From Balanoglossus misakiensis (Eukaryota; Animalia; Hemichordata): a DNA stretch of 64,000 nucleotides. Position numbers and translations under genes: made by a program. A model generated the notes under the pieces. It saw nothing but the letters and a program-made list of their open reading frames with translations. It was not told the origin of the DNA and did no database searches. The stretch is from the NCBI GenBank assembly GCA_040954595.2, contig CM082588.2, positions 9,594,844 to 9,658,843 of the forward strand. The letters run 5' to 3'. Shown here piece by piece: positions 61,387 to 64,000 of this stretch; the first letter of the stretch is position 1; each line of letters opens with the position of its first letter.

Positions 61387-63227
61387 TTTTTATTTATTGC
61401 GTATGTACATGTCCCCAACTGGCTTTCATATAAAACCACTGCATCAGGTGAATCTCAATTTTTAAGAGCGATACTTCAAACATGCAGCACTGTTTACAAA
61501 TCGGGGTCAAAGGTTATACAAGAATAACCATGTACAGTTGGTATTTTTCTGATGTACCTCTGGCCATGGCCTTGGTCTATAAATTGTTCTTGACAACATA
61601 TATTTTTAAAGATTTTGGTTTACTGAATTACATCTATAGCTTATAGTGATGGCTGTTTACCTAATAATTATTTTAACAACGCCAACTTAGCTGGCGCTGG
61701 ATCGAGGGTACAGGACTATCCTAGGTCAAGGGTCAATCGTGAATGTTTTGGTCGCGAATCAGCTGATCTTTTACAACAGCGTGTTACGCCCCTTTTTTTA
61801 AATTTCTCATGAGTGGAGACGTCAGTGAAAGAACATATTTCGGATAATGGAGCATTCTTGGCAGTGTTTTCAAAGGGTTTCGCAACCTTTCTACATGGGA
61901 CGCGGCGGCGCTTGGCAGAACTTTGCGAGGTGGTCGTCATCACAGGTCGCACCGTAGTTGAGAGAGAGAGACATGACACTGACAGAGCCGGGTGAGTGAT
62001 TGAGATCCTGGATCAGTTGCCGTCACTCAGATCACTAGACATTCTCTCTCATTAGGGTGTAGCTACGGTGTTGCCACGGGACCTACGACGTTTTATCGTG
62101 ACGTCGGTGTTGCCCCGACCGGCCAGGGAAGTATATCAGATATGATGAGTCCGGTGATGACTTGGCTTTACGGCAGTCGCTGTGCCTGTAGATAAAGGAA
62201 AGGAACAGTACAACGCGCCGCCAGTGTGATTAGCATCGCTTGGAGCAAGACTAGATGACAGACATCGCCAGGGTCGTTGGCAAGACCTTGGCGGGCAGAG
62301 ATGTGTGACACAGGTCCTCCTACAGGTAAGCCAGTCTTAATTCTTTTACATGCTTTTCAGAGTCAGCTTTTTGAGATGGTGAGATCTCTGTCGTGTGGTT
62401 TCTCTGTGTGACCTTTAGCTCTGCATACAGCCGGGAACACACAGACCTGTACGCAGAGCTATGTGACCTTCTGAGTCATATAATAATGTCACATTTAGTA
62501 CTACATTATCTCTATGGAAACACAGCTAGGGGGAGGGTGGGGGGGGGGGGGTTCTATGCTGGTTTCCCCCATCATAGACCCACCCGTGACCCCCACCACA
62601 AAAATCTGTAGTGAACCAACAGCCAAACCAGTGCACTATATCACAGTCCCTCTATTACATACTGTGACTGTATAAGCTAAAAAATAAGACATTCACTTTT
62701 TGAAATAAACATTTCTCTGTTAATTATCTCTGAAAGCTTGATATAGGAGAACATTTCGGTTACTTCAATGTCACCATTGTTTTCACTACTATCACGTAAC
62801 AAGCAATTTAAATTACCTTCGCAAAAACAGTATGCTCTATGTTTTTTTGTTAACGCTTTGAGATGTCTGGCTCAAATCTGCGTGAATGCAAGCTGTCATA
62901 ACTTTTGTACAAAGTAGTGTCTCATTTTTTTTAAAGCAACTAGCTTGATTTTTAAAATGAAAAAAACTTCTGATATACTAGGAATAGTAGGATTTATTCA
63001 CTGCTCCAGAAGTTTTCTGAATTACAATGCACTTAACGGGACATTAGCTGTAACTTTTGGCTTTAATTGATGTACATATATTTTTGTTCTGAGTATCAAT
63101 GGGAATTTCTTGTTCTACTCCAAACAGCATGCTAATATACCCATTTATACTTCACTTGTCAACATAGCCCGTGAATGTGTAATGTTATCATTCACATTTT
63201 TTTACTACTGTTACGTAAATATGCAAC

Positions 63228-63644
63228 TAGTCTTGCTCCAAGACTGTGTGATACTGAAAAAGAAATGCGCGTCCGCGTTGCGTATAGAACAGGACGCGAC
63301 GCTAATCACACAGTCTTGCCGATTCTGTAAACGCCCTCAAGTGGTTTTACCAGATTTGGGTAAGTAGCGGAGAACATTCGAACGTCATATGTCTGTCAAT
63401 CAAATTAGCGTCGCGTCAACATGAGTTCTATACGCGTACATACCAGGTACAGAATACGCATTTTTGGGCGTTATCGCGAGCTTTGTGCGCTTCTAGATGT
63501 TCTACATGCAAATTAACGCCGCTCATGAATATTCATATCAAATATATGTGTGCAGAAACGTACAGTCGCTTTGCCTGGCGGCGCGTCCACGTACGCTGAC
63601 GCAGTTCCGAAAGTTCCATAGGCACAGCGACTGCTTAGAGTCTA
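63228..63644. mobile_element. 417-bp insertion with a 9-bp TSD (ATATGCAAC) and TAG...CTA termini
   Basis: TSD copies at 63219-63227 and 63645-63653; the empty site is present in the homologous segment at 1468-1476. Confidence 0.88.
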
Positions 63645-64000
63645 ATATGCAACATGTCTAAAAAATATGTTTTTATAGAATATATTTATTTATTTAGAGT
63701 AAAATGTTTTTGGTGACATTTAAATATTTAGTGGATGGTATTTTATACATCAATTGTGGGTTTCAACATATTGTTGGGAGTAGCACAAGAATCTTAAGTG
63801 GCCACATAGAATTAATTTTCAACCTTCAGTAAAACCTGTCAAAACCAAACCCTGTCTAATCTGGAAACCTGTCTATACTGAACACCTTTTCAGTACCTTC
63901 GACATAGAATCACATGTTAAAAGAACATTTACAAACTGGAAATGTCTGTAAACTGAACAATTTCTTCAGTGCCTTCAGTGTTCGGTTCAGACAGGTTTTA

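Larger units (their letters stand above)
53205..61430. mobile_element. Full-length 8.2-kb IS3EU-like DNA transposon encoding an integrase and a HECT E3 ligase
   Basis: TAAAAC|TATGAAAGCCAGTTGGGGACATGTACATACGCAATAAATAAAAAA...TTTTTTATTTATTGCGTATGTACATGTCCCCAACTGGCTTTCATA|TAAAAC. Perfect outer TIR, 6-bp TSD, TAY..RTA termini and an IS3/IS481-like integrase. Confidence 0.88.

Noticed and set aside
61700-62335. GC-richer stretch with donor-like sites (~61992, ~62326) as the start of another gene
   Set aside because: No convincing ORF or motif; it could be 5' UTR exons or repeat sequence and cannot be supported from sequence alone.

Overview
AT-rich, intron-containing animal genomic DNA, probably a marine invertebrate (inferred from GT-AG introns and the TE repertoire). 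The left half (~7.8-28.6 kb, +) is one multi-exon ROCO gene with ankyrin repeats, Roc GTPase, COR and a death domain; no kinase exons were seen. Its ankyrin region is a tandem array of 27 near-identical ~250-bp exon+intron units, each a symmetric phase-0 exon encoding one ankyrin repeat. Most of the array is a 7-unit (~1.74 kb) higher-order repeat. The gene has two in-frame TGA codons and an antisense LINE in its last intron. The right half (~32-61.5 kb) is a nest of DNA transposons: a degenerate KolobokP-like transposase interrupted by a Sola1 element, a P-like MITE hit by a second MITE, a degenerate RAG1/Transib/Chapaev-like transposase with a SAP-like segment, and an 8.2-kb IS3EU-like element. 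That element has a 6-bp TSD, palindromic subterminal arrays, an intact integrase and a convergent HECT E3 ligase gene, and its integrase intron contains an antisense copy of the integrase catalytic exon. All family assignments come from motifs read by eye; no database searches were run.
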